In this document: positions 26,076 to 34,183 of the stretch, piece by piece | How positions within the stretch are numbered: position 1 is the stretch's first letter | Layout: every line of letters begins with the position of its first letter | Source: Alphaproteobacteria bacterium | GTDB lineage: Bacteria; Pseudomonadota; Alphaproteobacteria; JAEULC01 | Length of the DNA: 64,000 bases | Direction of reading: 5' to 3' | NCBI GenBank assembly: GCA_020846275.1 | Contig: JADLEG010000250.1 | Location: forward strand, 9,875 to 73,874 | Made by a program: the position numbers and the translations under genes | Notes under the pieces: model-generated | Seen by the model: only the letters and a program-made list of their open reading frames with translations | Database searches by the model: none | Told to the model about the DNA's origin: nothing

Positions 26076-28244
26076 CTATTGGACGATCACGATCTCCGCC
26101 CCCCCGACCCTGCCCTGGACGTCGACCGTAACGCCGTCGCCCTGCCGGCGACAGACCAGGTCGACCCGGGCGTCCCCGATCGCGATCCCGCCCAACCCAA
26201 TCTGATCGACGGTGGCCGGCAGCCGGGGCCAGCGCAGGCGCAGCTGCCGTTCGCGCGGGCGGAAATCCAGCCCGAGCAGGCTTCCGACCAGCGCATAGAC
26301 GGTGCCGCAGGACCAGGCCTGGGGAGAACAGGCGACCGGGTACGTCGTTGGGCCCTGGTTTGGCCGGCGCGCGAAGCCGCAGAACAACTCCGGCAGCCGG
26401 TGCAGGTCGAAGGACGAGGCCGCGTCGAGCAGGTCCTGGGCTAGACGACTGAGCTCGGCCAGGGCGCCGATGCGCGCCAGCCCCAGCGCGATCAAGGAAT
26501 TGTCGTGCGGCCAGACCGATCCGTTGTGATACGATATCGGATTGAAGCGCGCCTGGCCCTCGGCGATCGTTCGGATTCCCCAGCCGGAGTAGGAATGGCC
26601 GTCGAACAGGCGGCTGACGACCCGTTTCTCGCGATCGGGCAGCGCGATCCCGGTCAGCAGGGTGTGGCCCGCGTTCGACGACACGACGGCGCAGGGACGC
26701 TTCCGCCCGTCCAGCGCCAGGGCGAAGGTGCCGATCTCCTCGCACCAGAACGCCTGGTCGAAGCGATCGCGCAACGCCGCCGCCCGCTCCATGAACTCGG
26801 CTTCCCGCGTTGCGTCACCCAGGGCGGCCGCAAGCGATGCGGCCCCCATGAAGGCGCCATAGACATAGGCCTGGACCTCGCACAGCGCGATCGGCGGCTC
26901 GGCCAACTCGCCGTCGCGGTGAAAGATCGCGTCATGCGAATCCTTCCACCCCTGGTTCCGCAATCCATGGCGGGTGTTCGACTGGTATTCGACGAAACCG
27001 TCGCCGTCACTGTCTCCAGGGCCGGTGATCCAGGCGAGGGCCGCGCGTATCTGGGGCCAGATCTCGCGGATCAGGTCGATATCGTTCGTGCGCTGGTAGA
27101 ACGCACCGGCCAGCAGGACGAACAGCGGCGTGGCATCGACGCTGCCGTAGTACTGCTTGAAGGGAACCTCGCCCAGGTTCGCCATCTCGCCGCTGCGGGC
27201 TTCATGCAGGATCTTGCCCGGCACGGCATCGGCCGCAGGGTCGGTGAAGGTCGCCTGGGTCGCGGCGAGGAACCGAAGGACGCCGCGGGCGATCTCCGGT
27301 GCCGCCCAGAGGGTCTGCAAGGCGGTGATGATGCCGTCCCGGCCGAACGGGGCCGCGAACCACGGGATACCGGCGAAGGGGTATGGCCCGTGCGCTGTCA
27401 GGGTCACCAGCATCTGCAGGTCGGACCGCGATCGCAGCAGCCAATGACCCATGGCGGGGTCGTGCGATCGCAATGTTGCGCCGAGCGTACCGTGATGGAC
27501 TTCCGAGGCCAGCGCGACCCGCCCGCCTGGCCTGGCATCGCCTGACCTGCAGGAGACGACGATCGTGGCCATCCAGTTCTCGTTGGCCTGCAGGGTGACG
27601 CGATACTGGGCGCCCTGGCGGCCAAGGCGATCCGGCGGCGGATCGAAATGGATCTCGCTGTGGCGTGCAATGCCGTCGAGGCCGACATAAGCATAGGCCG
27701 CGCACGGCTTGCGGATTTCCGGGGCCAGAAAGCGGCCCCGCCGCGCCCGGGTCATGCCGCGAACCTCGAACATGTCGGCGAAATCGGCGCCCACGCTGAA
27801 CTTGCAGAGGACTTCCACCGGAAAGGCCGCAAAACAGGTCAGGGTCAGCGTGATATGCAGGGCGTCGTCGACGATCCGTGCCTGGCGCAGGATGTGAACC
27901 GAACTGCGGGGAAGATGCAGTTGGTCGCCTTCGTAAAGGTCCGGATTGGTCAGGTCGGCCGAGAAGGTCCGGTTGTCGCTGAGGATGGAAGAGTTGAGAA
28001 GCACGGGTCGGATATCGTTGACGGTCAGGAGCAGATGGCCAAGGAAGCGGGTGTCGGCGAGATAAAAGCCCTCCGGCCCGGGTCCGAGCGCCTGGATGTC
28101 GCCGAATTCGTCGCACACCAGGAAGGCGGCCCCCGACTTGAGCGTCCGGCGCGCCGGCCCCAGGCTGGCCGCTCCCGGCTGCACGTAGTAGGGACTTGAG
28201 GATTCGCCGGCCTGTGTGTCGAGCGCGGGGCTTGTTGCAGCCAC
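26076..28244 (-). CDS. Amylo-alpha-1,6-glucosidase / glycogen debranching enzyme family (alpha/alpha)6 hydrolase
   Basis: AGIPWFAAPFGRD, PGKILHEARSGE, YYGSVDATPLF, NQGWKDSHD, YHNGSVWPHDN, RLPELFCG; GTG start at 28244 inferred from AGGA RBS. Confidence 0.92.
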   Translation of the reverse strand: MAATSPALDTQAGESSSPYYVQPGAASLGPARRTLKSGAAFLVCDEFGDIQALGPGPEGFYLADTRFLGHLLLTVNDIRPVLLNSSILSDNRTFSADLTNPDLYEGDQLHLPRSSVHILRQARIVDDALHITLTLTCFAAFPVEVLCKFSVGADFADMFEVRGMTRARRGRFLAPEIRKPCAAYAYVGLDGIARHSEIHFDPPPDRLGRQGAQYRVTLQANENWMATIVVSCRSGDARPGGRVALASEVHHGTLGATLRSHDPAMGHWLLRSRSDLQMLVTLTAHGPYPFAGIPWFAAPFGRDGIITALQTLWAAPEIARGVLRFLAATQATFTDPAADAVPGKILHEARSGEMANLGEVPFKQYYGSVDATPLFVLLAGAFYQRTNDIDLIREIWPQIRAALAWITGPGDSDGDGFVEYQSNTRHGLRNQGWKDSHDAIFHRDGELAEPPIALCEVQAYVYGAFMGAASLAAALGDATREAEFMERAAALRDRFDQAFWCEEIGTFALALDGRKRPCAVVSSNAGHTLLTGIALPDREKRVVSRLFDGHSYSGWGIRTIAEGQARFNPISYHNGSVWPHDNSLIALGLARIGALAELSRLAQDLLDAASSFDLHRLPELFCGFARRPNQGPTTYPVACSPQAWSCGTVYALVGSLLGLDFRPRERQLRLRWPRLPATVDQIGLGGIAIGDARVDLVCRRQGDGVTVDVQGRVGGAEIVIVQ

Positions 28245-28252
28245 GACCAGTC

Positions 28253-29305
28253 CTAGTCCGCAGCAAGAACGAGGGGCCGGCGCGATCTGGCGAGACGCTC
28301 GTAGAGCGAGAGGTATTGCTGCGTCATCCGGTTGACCGTGAAGCGCCGCTCGAATTCCGCCCGGACGCCGCGCCGGTCGATGCGATCGAGCTTTCCGACC
28401 GCGGCGGCCGCCTCGCCGGCGGTCTCGACGACAAATCCGGTGCGGCCGTCGTCCACGACTTCCGAAACCGATCCGCGTCGGCGCGCGATGACGGGCGTCC
28501 CGCAAGCCATGGCCTCGATCATGACAAGCCCGAAGGGCTCGGGCCAATCGATCGGGAACACCAGGGCGGCCGCGCCGCCGAGCAGCTCCTGCTTGGCCTG
28601 ACCCCCGATCTCGCCGAGGAACTCGATATCGGGGTGGTCGAGCAAGGGTACGATCACGCTGTCGAAATACGCCTTGTCGACGTTGTCCACCTTGGCGCCG
28701 ATCTTCAACGGCATGCCGACCTCGAGCGCGATCCTGATCGCTACATTCAACCCCTTCTCCGGCGTGGCGCGGCCGAGGAACGCCAGGTATTCGCCCGGCC
28801 CGGACGCAAATCCCAGCAAACCGGGCGGAAGACCGTGATTGATGTTGCCGGCCCAATTCAAGTCCGGCAAGGGCTGGCGTTGCGCCATCGTCAGCGACAC
28901 GAAGGGCGAGGTCGGGAAGCGGGCCAGCACGGTCCCATAATCCGCGAGATCCAGTCGTCCGTGCACCGTCGTCAGATACGGCGTCGCCATGCGGCTGAGG
29001 ACCGGCAGCGGCAGGTATTCAATATGGGAATGGATGATATCGAACTCGCCGGCGCGCCTGCCGACATCCTCGATCATCGCCAGGTGCACCGCCAGGGGAT
29101 CGCGACACCACTCGCTGGTGCGAAGCGACGACCGTGCACAGGGGACGAGCGTGGCGCTTGTGACCGAATCCGCGCTTGCGAAGAGCGTGACGTCGTGCCC
29201 CAGCGAGACCAGCTCCTCCGTCAGGTACGAGACGATCCGTTCGGTGCCGCCATAGCGCTGTGGCGGAACCGACTCGTGCAGGGGCGATATTTGGGCGATA
29301 CGCAC
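28253..29305 (-). CDS. Glycosyltransferase family 4
   Basis: RIAQISPLHESVPPQRYGGTERIV, FLGRATPEKG, WPEPFGLVMIEAMACGTPV; GGAGGAGG RBS before GTG. Confidence 0.95.
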   Translation of the reverse strand: MRIAQISPLHESVPPQRYGGTERIVSYLTEELVSLGHDVTLFASADSVTSATLVPCARSSLRTSEWCRDPLAVHLAMIEDVGRRAGEFDIIHSHIEYLPLPVLSRMATPYLTTVHGRLDLADYGTVLARFPTSPFVSLTMAQRQPLPDLNWAGNINHGLPPGLLGFASGPGEYLAFLGRATPEKGLNVAIRIALEVGMPLKIGAKVDNVDKAYFDSVIVPLLDHPDIEFLGEIGGQAKQELLGGAAALVFPIDWPEPFGLVMIEAMACGTPVIARRRGSVSEVVDDGRTGFVVETAGEAAAAVGKLDRIDRRGVRAEFERRFTVNRMTQQYLSLYERLARSRRPLVLAAD

Positions 29306-29334
29306 GTGTGGCCCCTCCTCCGGGGCGGAGAACA

Positions 29335-29360
29335 AACGCTTGCGTTAACCCTTTGGTTCC
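29335..29360 (-). promoter_or_regulatory. EcfG-type promoter GGAAC-N17-CGTT
   Basis: Exact consensus upstream of GT4. Confidence 0.78.
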
Positions 29361-29378
29361 CGCCATGGATCGGATTCG

Positions 29379-29870
29379 CTAGCGATCGTCGCGTTGGCAG
29401 ATCTCGGCGAGCGCTCGAGAGGCTGCGTAATCGGCGCCGCGCGCGACGGCAATGTCGCTCAGTGACACAAGTCCGATCAGCCGCTGCGCACGATTGAGGA
29501 CGGGCAGACGCCTGACCTTCGAGGCCGACATCCGGCAGGCCGCGTCGGTCACGGTTTCGTCCTCGTAGCAGGTGGCGACGCCTGTGGACATCATCTCGCG
29601 GACGTAGCCCTCGTCGGGATCGATGCCCCGGCTGACGGCACGCACCACGATGTCGCGATCCGTGATGATGCCGACAAGCCGCCCGTTCTCGACGACGGGC
29701 AGCGTGCCGCAGCCGTGGGCTTGCATCGCCTTGGCCGCTTCGCGCAGCGAATCCTCCGGCGCCGCGCATTTCACGCCAGGCGTCATGATCGCGCGGACGA
29801 GCAAGCCAGGGTCGTCACGGCTGGCGTGGGCTGCCGCGTGGCGGTCGACAGCCGATGCCGACACTTGCAT
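29379..29870 (-). CDS. CBS domain pair protein
   Basis: IMTPGV..LPVVENGRLVGIITDRDIV; VRRLPV..LIGLVSLSDI; TGATG overlap with upstream gene. Confidence 0.9.
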   Translation of the reverse strand: MQVSASAVDRHAAAHASRDDPGLLVRAIMTPGVKCAAPEDSLREAAKAMQAHGCGTLPVVENGRLVGIITDRDIVVRAVSRGIDPDEGYVREMMSTGVATCYEDETVTDAACRMSASKVRRLPVLNRAQRLIGLVSLSDIAVARGADYAASRALAEICQRDDR

Positions 29871-30253
29871 CACCTGGAAGCGTAGGTGAACGCGGGGAAG
29901 GTCTTCATCCGCTCCTTGGTCGCGCCAGGCAGCACGCCAATATTGTCCCGCCACGCAATGGATTCATACGGTATGGCTACCAACCGGTCGCCGACCCCCA
30001 GGAACCCGCCCACCGACACGATCGCCACGACCACGCGGTCATCCGCGCGGATCACCAGGTCGTCGATCTTGCCGACGGATTCGTTGGCTTCGTTGACGAG
30101 GGATGCGCCGACGATCTTCGAGGCCCGATAGCCCTTCATGACGGTCGCTGGCTCGATGACGGTGACCCGCGTGACGGCGGCGGTCTGAGCAGCCAGCGGA
30201 TTGGCCTGGACCAGCAAAAATGCAAGGGCGGCCGCGCCCGTGTGCTTCAACAT
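29870..30253 (-). CDS. Secreted PRC-barrel domain protein
   Basis: RASKIVGASLVNEANESVGKIDDLVI..AIVSVGGFLGVGDRLVAIP. Confidence 0.92.
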   Translation of the reverse strand: MLKHTGAAALAFLLVQANPLAAQTAAVTRVTVIEPATVMKGYRASKIVGASLVNEANESVGKIDDLVIRADDRVVVAIVSVGGFLGVGDRLVAIPYESIAWRDNIGVLPGATKERMKTFPAFTYASR

Positions 30254-30290
30254 GCTTCCTCTCCATTTCTCAAGCTGGGACGGGATCATC

Positions 30291-30315
30291 AACGCATGCC
30301 GCAAAGGCGCGTTCC
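30291..30315 (-). promoter_or_regulatory. EcfG-type promoter GGAAC-N16-CGTT
   Basis: Exact consensus upstream of PRC-CBS. Confidence 0.82.
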
Positions 30316-30368
30316 GTCGGATGCCATGCGGTTCGCCACCTTGCCCGCCCCTATCTTCGCATCGCGGT

Positions 30369-30393
30369 GAAACGCTTTTCGTTCCCAGGAGTT
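30369..30393 (+). promoter_or_regulatory. Possible EcfG-type promoter variant GAAAC-N16-AGTT
   Basis: Two mismatches, correct spacing, divergent from 30291. Confidence 0.4.
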
Positions 30394-30426
30394 AATGGCG
30401 CGGGGAACGACAGGTGGAGACCAATC

Positions 30427-30900
30427 ATGAAGAACCTTCTTTTGGCAGCAGCGGCGCTGGTCGCCCTCTCGGCTCCGGCATTCGCCGCTTCGGATTCCGC
30501 CTGCAGGGCGGAATGGGACAAGGCGGACGTCAATCGCGACGGCGTTCTGAGCGGCGCGGAAGCCGACCCCTACTTGGCGCGCATCGCGTCGCCCCCGCAG
30601 GACGGGCGGATCACATCCGCCATGTTCATGGCGGATTGCAAGGCGGACCGCTTCACCACCGCGGGCACGAGCGGCGCGGCGACCGGCACCTACACGGCGA
30701 AGACCGATCCAGGCGCGCCGCTGGCCGGTGCAAACAGCTTCACCGAAGCGCAGGCCCGCGACCGCATCGTCAATGCGGGCTATTCGGACGTGTCGGGGCT
30801 TCGCAAGGACGAGCAGGGCATCTGGCGGGGCACCGCGAAGAAGAACGGGGCGCAGGCGAGCGTGGCCGTCGACTATCGCGGCAATGTCGTCGCCCAGTAG
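30427..30900 (+). CDS. Secreted EF-hand + PepSY-like protein
   Basis: Signal peptide; EF-hand DVNRDGVLSGAE; GANSFTEAQARDRIVNAGYSDVSGLRKDEQGIWRG. Confidence 0.8.
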   Translation: MKNLLLAAAALVALSAPAFAASDSACRAEWDKADVNRDGVLSGAEADPYLARIASPPQDGRITSAMFMADCKADRFTTAGTSGAATGTYTAKTDPGAPLAGANSFTEAQARDRIVNAGYSDVSGLRKDEQGIWRGTAKKNGAQASVAVDYRGNVVAQ

Positions 30901-30932
30901 CAATCACGAACACCGTTCAAGAGGATACGATC

Positions 30933-31550
30933 ATGACAACCATCTCGAAGGTCTATGACAGCTGGGACCAGGCCCAGAGCGCGGTTCGCGCCCTGCAGGC
31001 CAACGGTACGCCGGCCTCGGAGATCAGCGTCGTCGCCAACAAGTACATCGACGACCGCTACGCGACCGACCGCGACATTCGGGCTGTTGCGCCCGACGAA
31101 CCGTCGGCCACCGGCATCGGCACGGGTGCCGGCGCCGCCGTGGGCGGCGGGGTCGGCCTGCTGACCGGCATGGGGCTGATGGCCATTCCCGGCCTGGGCC
31201 CGGTCGTGGCGGCCGGCTGGCTCGCGGCGACGGCGGCGGGTGCTGCGGCGGGTGCCGCGACGGGCGGCATCGTGGGCGCGCTGGTCGATTCCGGCGAGGA
31301 CGACACCACCGCCAATGTCTACGCCGAAACCGTGCGGCGCGGCGGCACGATGGTAACCGTGCGCACGGACGAGACGCGGCGCCCGGACGTCGAAAAGGTG
31401 CTCAATCGCTACCAGCCCATCGACCACAAGAGCCGGGCTGCCGAGTACGGGGCGAGCGGCTGGCGGGCCTTCGACGAGAAGGCCGGTCCCTACCACCCGA
31501 ACGCGAGCGAGGTGGAGCGCATCCGCCGCAAATGGACCGACGCGGCGTAG
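30933..31550 (+). CDS. General stress protein (YflT-like domain, Gly-zipper)
   Basis: YDSWDQAQSAVRAL..EISVV; GAAVGGGVGLL..IPGLGPVVAAG; GAEGYA-like YAETVRRGGTMVTV. Confidence 0.8.
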   Translation: MTTISKVYDSWDQAQSAVRALQANGTPASEISVVANKYIDDRYATDRDIRAVAPDEPSATGIGTGAGAAVGGGVGLLTGMGLMAIPGLGPVVAAGWLAATAAGAAAGAATGGIVGALVDSGEDDTTANVYAETVRRGGTMVTVRTDETRRPDVEKVLNRYQPIDHKSRAAEYGASGWRAFDEKAGPYHPNASEVERIRRKWTDAA

Positions 31551-31570
31551 CGCTGCGCGACCGCTCCGAG

Positions 31571-31603
31571 AAAGGGCCCCGCCGATATCGGTGGGGCCTT
31601 TTT
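31571..31603 (+). terminator. Intrinsic terminator after the YflT-like gene
   Basis: AAAGGGCCCCGCCGA-ta-TCGGTGGGGCCTTTTT. Confidence 0.8.
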
Positions 31604-31647
31604 CATTGCCGCGTCCGACAGCGGGAAGGCGGCTGCCTCCCCCGATT

Positions 31648-31672
31648 GCAACCTTGGCAACATCGTCCCGTT
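31648..31672 (+). promoter_or_regulatory. EcfG-type promoter GCAAC-N16-CGTT
   Basis: Upstream of the small basic protein. Confidence 0.7.
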
Positions 31673-31734
31673 GCGTGAAGAGGGCAGCGACACCCGTGCA
31701 AGACCCTGCGGCAAATTTTTCGAAGGAGATGAAG

Positions 31735-31941
31735 ATGGCCGAAAAGACCAAGCGTCGCTATTCGCCCAGCGTGGGCAATGACGTGAAAAAGGAGATGCAT
31801 CGCTACAAGCGCGGCACCGCGAAGAGCGGCCCGGGCGGCAAGGCCGGCGGGGTCAAGAACAAGAAGCAGGCAATCGCGATCGCGCTGTCGAAGGCGCGGA
31901 AGAAAGGGAAAAAAGTCCCGAGTCGGCGGAAGGCTGCCTGA
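31735..31941 (+). CDS. Small basic protein (DUF6496-like)
   Basis: AAGGAG RBS; VKKEMHRYKRGTAKSG..VKNKKQAIAIALSKARKKG. Confidence 0.82.
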   Translation: MAEKTKRRYSPSVGNDVKKEMHRYKRGTAKSGPGGKAGGVKNKKQAIAIALSKARKKGKKVPSRRKAA

Positions 31942-31980
31942 CGCCCGTCCACGTCCACCTCGCTATGCTGCGCGCCAAGG

Positions 31981-32050
31981 AAAAGAAAAGGCCGCCATCA
32001 TCTGGCGGCCGAGTTTAGGGAGGGGACCGAGGCGCCAAACGCCTTGGTGC
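31981..32050 (-). ncRNA. Candidate EcfG-dependent sRNA with anti-Shine-Dalgarno seed (~70 nt)
   Basis: 5' hairpin 32026-32048, single-stranded CCCCUCCCU, terminator GGCCGCCA/UGGCGGCC + UUUUCUUUU; no minus-strand CDS feeds this terminator. Confidence 0.65.
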
Positions 32051-32056
32051 AGTTCA

Positions 32057-32081
32057 AAGGCGCGGGACGGCACAGGGTTCC
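32057..32081 (-). promoter_or_regulatory. EcfG-type promoter variant GGAAC-N16-CCTT for the candidate sRNA
   Basis: Same variant as 22255; divergent from the NRAMP promoter; predicted start sits at the 5' hairpin. Confidence 0.6.
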
Positions 32082-32132
32082 AATGGGGGGATGAAATTTG
32101 GCGCGAGATCTCGGCGGCGATGATCCGCGGTT

Positions 32133-32157
32133 GGAACTTGCCGGAACAGAGTGCGTT
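32133..32157 (+). promoter_or_regulatory. EcfG-type promoter GGAAC-N16-CGTT
   Basis: Exact consensus upstream of NRAMP. Confidence 0.82.
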
Positions 32158-32195
32158 CGTTGCCTGCGTGCAGCGGCGGGGAAGTGGGGATCGGG

Positions 32196-33500
32196 ATGGA
32201 CGCGACGCCGAACATCGACGCGGCAGCCGATCAGCCGGCTGAACCAGACCAGCCGGACAAGCGCAGCTTCCTTGCCATGCTCGGCCCCGGGCTTGTCACC
32301 GGCGCCGCGGACGATGATCCCAGCGGCATTGCAACCTACAGCCAGGTCGGCGCCCAGTTCGGCTATGGCCTCTCCTGGACGTTGCTGTTCAGCTTTCCGC
32401 TGATGGCGGTGATCCAGTCCGTCAGCGCCCGGATCGGATGCGTGACGGGCTGCGGCATCGCCCAGAACCTGCGGCGCCACTACCCCGCTCCGCTGCTCTG
32501 GGTGGTAGTGTCGCTGCTGATCGTGGCCAACGTCGTCAATCTCGGCGCCGACCTTGGCGCCATGGGTGCGGCGCTCCACCTGCTCGTGGGCGGGCCGGAA
32601 CTCGCCTACACGATGCTTTTCGGACTGGCCTGCGCCCTGCTCGAGATCCTCGTCAGCTACAACCGGTATGCCGGCATCCTGAAATGGACGACGCTGTCGC
32701 TGTTCGCCTATGTGGCGGTCGCGTTCGCGGCGGGCGTTCCCTGGGGTACGGCCCTGTACCACACTTTCGTTCCGCAGATCGTCCTGGATGGGCAGCACGC
32801 CATGGCCATCGTCGCGATACTCGGTACGACCATCAGCCCCTACCTGTTCTTCTGGCAGGCGGGGCAGGAGGTAGAGGAACAGCGCAGGCGCCACGTGAAG
32901 CCGCTCTGCGTGGCACCACGCCAGGCGGGGGACGAGCTCGCCCGCATCCGCACCGACACCATTCTCGGCATGGGCGTGTCCAACCTGATCGCGCTGTTCA
33001 TCGTGTTCGCCGCCGCGGCGACGCTTAACGCCAAGGGCGTCACCGACATCCAGACCTCGGCCCAGGCCGCCGAAGCCCTTCGTCCGGTCGCGGGCGACGC
33101 GGCATTCTTCCTGTTCGCGGCGGGCATCGTCGGGACGGGGATGCTGGCGGTTCCGGTCCTGGCCGGCTCGGTGGCCTATGCCGTCAGCGAGATGTTCCGG
33201 TGGAAGGAGGGCTTGAACCGCCGGCCGCGCCAGGCCAAGGCCTTCTACGCGGTCATTGCGGCCACTACCCTCGCCGGCGTGGGGCTCAATTTCATGTCCG
33301 TCGACCCGATCAAGGCGCTCTACTGGAGCGCCGTTGTCAATGGGGTGCTGGCCGCACCGCTGATGGCGATCATGATGCTGATCGCGGTGAACCGACAGAT
33401 CATGGGGCGACTGACGCTCAGTCCCGCCATGATTATGGGCGGATGGATGGCAACGATCGCAATGGCGGCCGCCACGGTCGCGTTTGCGGTCGCGGACTAG
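32196..33500 (+). CDS. NRAMP family divalent metal cation transporter
   Basis: LGPGLVTGAADDDPSGIATYSQVGAQFGY, ILGTTISPYLFFWQ. Confidence 0.92.
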   Translation: MDATPNIDAAADQPAEPDQPDKRSFLAMLGPGLVTGAADDDPSGIATYSQVGAQFGYGLSWTLLFSFPLMAVIQSVSARIGCVTGCGIAQNLRRHYPAPLLWVVVSLLIVANVVNLGADLGAMGAALHLLVGGPELAYTMLFGLACALLEILVSYNRYAGILKWTTLSLFAYVAVAFAAGVPWGTALYHTFVPQIVLDGQHAMAIVAILGTTISPYLFFWQAGQEVEEQRRRHVKPLCVAPRQAGDELARIRTDTILGMGVSNLIALFIVFAAAATLNAKGVTDIQTSAQAAEALRPVAGDAAFFLFAAGIVGTGMLAVPVLAGSVAYAVSEMFRWKEGLNRRPRQAKAFYAVIAATTLAGVGLNFMSVDPIKALYWSAVVNGVLAAPLMAIMMLIAVNRQIMGRLTLSPAMIMGGWMATIAMAAATVAFAVAD

Positions 33501-33664
33501 TGTCCTGATTCCGAAGTTCGTCAGTGCTTGCGACGCACGCCGTACGAACTTCGGAATCGAAAAGGACACGAGCAACTATTTCAAGTCTAGTGCCCCTTTT
33601 GAACCCGAAGTTCGCCTCCGGTCTTGCGATCAAGAGAGGGCGAACTTCGGGTTCGGGGCACCAG
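33497..33664. repeat. CTAG-bounded palindromic mosaic repeat, copy 3 (complete two-unit form)
   Basis: Hairpin A (GATTCCGAAGTTCGT/ACGAACTTCGGAATC), linker, CTAG at 33587, hairpin B; right end CCAG. Confidence 0.9.
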
Positions 33665-33681
33665 GCAGTGCCGCCGCGAAC

Positions 33682-33921
33682 CTAGTGGCTGGTTCGATCC
33701 ACGGCGCCGGTGGTCCCGCTTTCCCGCGCGCAATGGGCGCAGCAGAAGGTCTTGCCGCTGGCCTCGATCCCGTGGCCGACAATCCGACACTGGCAATGCG
33801 CGCAGCGCGGCGCCAGCGCATGGATGGCGCATTCGAAGCTGTCGAAGGTCTGCGACCGCCCATCCTGGGAAATCATGAAGGCCTTGTCGTAGTCGTTTCC
33901 GCAAACCACGCAGCGTGCCAT
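33682..33921 (-). CDS. Prokaryotic metallothionein-like Cys-rich protein
   Basis: CVVCGNDYDKAF..TFDSFECAIHALAPRCAHCQCRIVGHG..FCCAHCA; GGGAGG RBS. Confidence 0.88.
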   Translation of the reverse strand: MARCVVCGNDYDKAFMISQDGRSQTFDSFECAIHALAPRCAHCQCRIVGHGIEASGKTFCCAHCARESGTTGAVDRTSH

Positions 33922-33949
33922 GCCGGCCTCCCTTGTCGAAGGTCCGGAC

Positions 33950-33975
33950 GCAACGGGTCACGGGCAGCCAAGGTT
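33950..33975 (+). promoter_or_regulatory. Possible EcfG-type promoter GCAAC-N17-GGTT for peptide-ligD
   Basis: Variant; only candidate found upstream of ligD. Confidence 0.4.
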
Positions 33976-34003
33976 GCATCCAGCGGGCTACACGGGATCG
34001 TGC

Positions 34004-34028
34004 AACGCTTTGTCGCCTCCCCCGTTAC
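34004..34028 (-). promoter_or_regulatory. EcfG-type promoter variant GTAAC-N16-CGTT for the metallothionein-like gene
   Basis: One mismatch in -35. Confidence 0.55.
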
Positions 34029-34057
34029 AGGAGCGCGCCTCACAGGGGAGTCTTGTC

Positions 34058-34135
34058 ATGCGCTATGTTGCACTTTGGATTCTCGGCGTTCCGGTGACCG
34101 TGATCATCCTGCTGGCCTTGTTCCGCGTCGTATAG
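34058..34135 (+). CDS. 25-aa single-TM small protein MRYVALWILGVPVTVIILLALFRVV
   Basis: GGGGAG RBS, ATG-TAG, hydrophobic LW.LGVP pattern. Confidence 0.6.
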   Translation: MRYVALWILGVPVTVIILLALFRVV

Positions 34136-34183
34136 CGTGGTGGCCCCGATCGACGGGGCTGTCGCCATTGGAGTGGGTGCCGA

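Noticed and set aside
5908-33664. Palindromic repeats as a CRISPR array or attachment sites
   Set aside because: Dispersed, not tandem, no unique spacers, no cas or integrase genes
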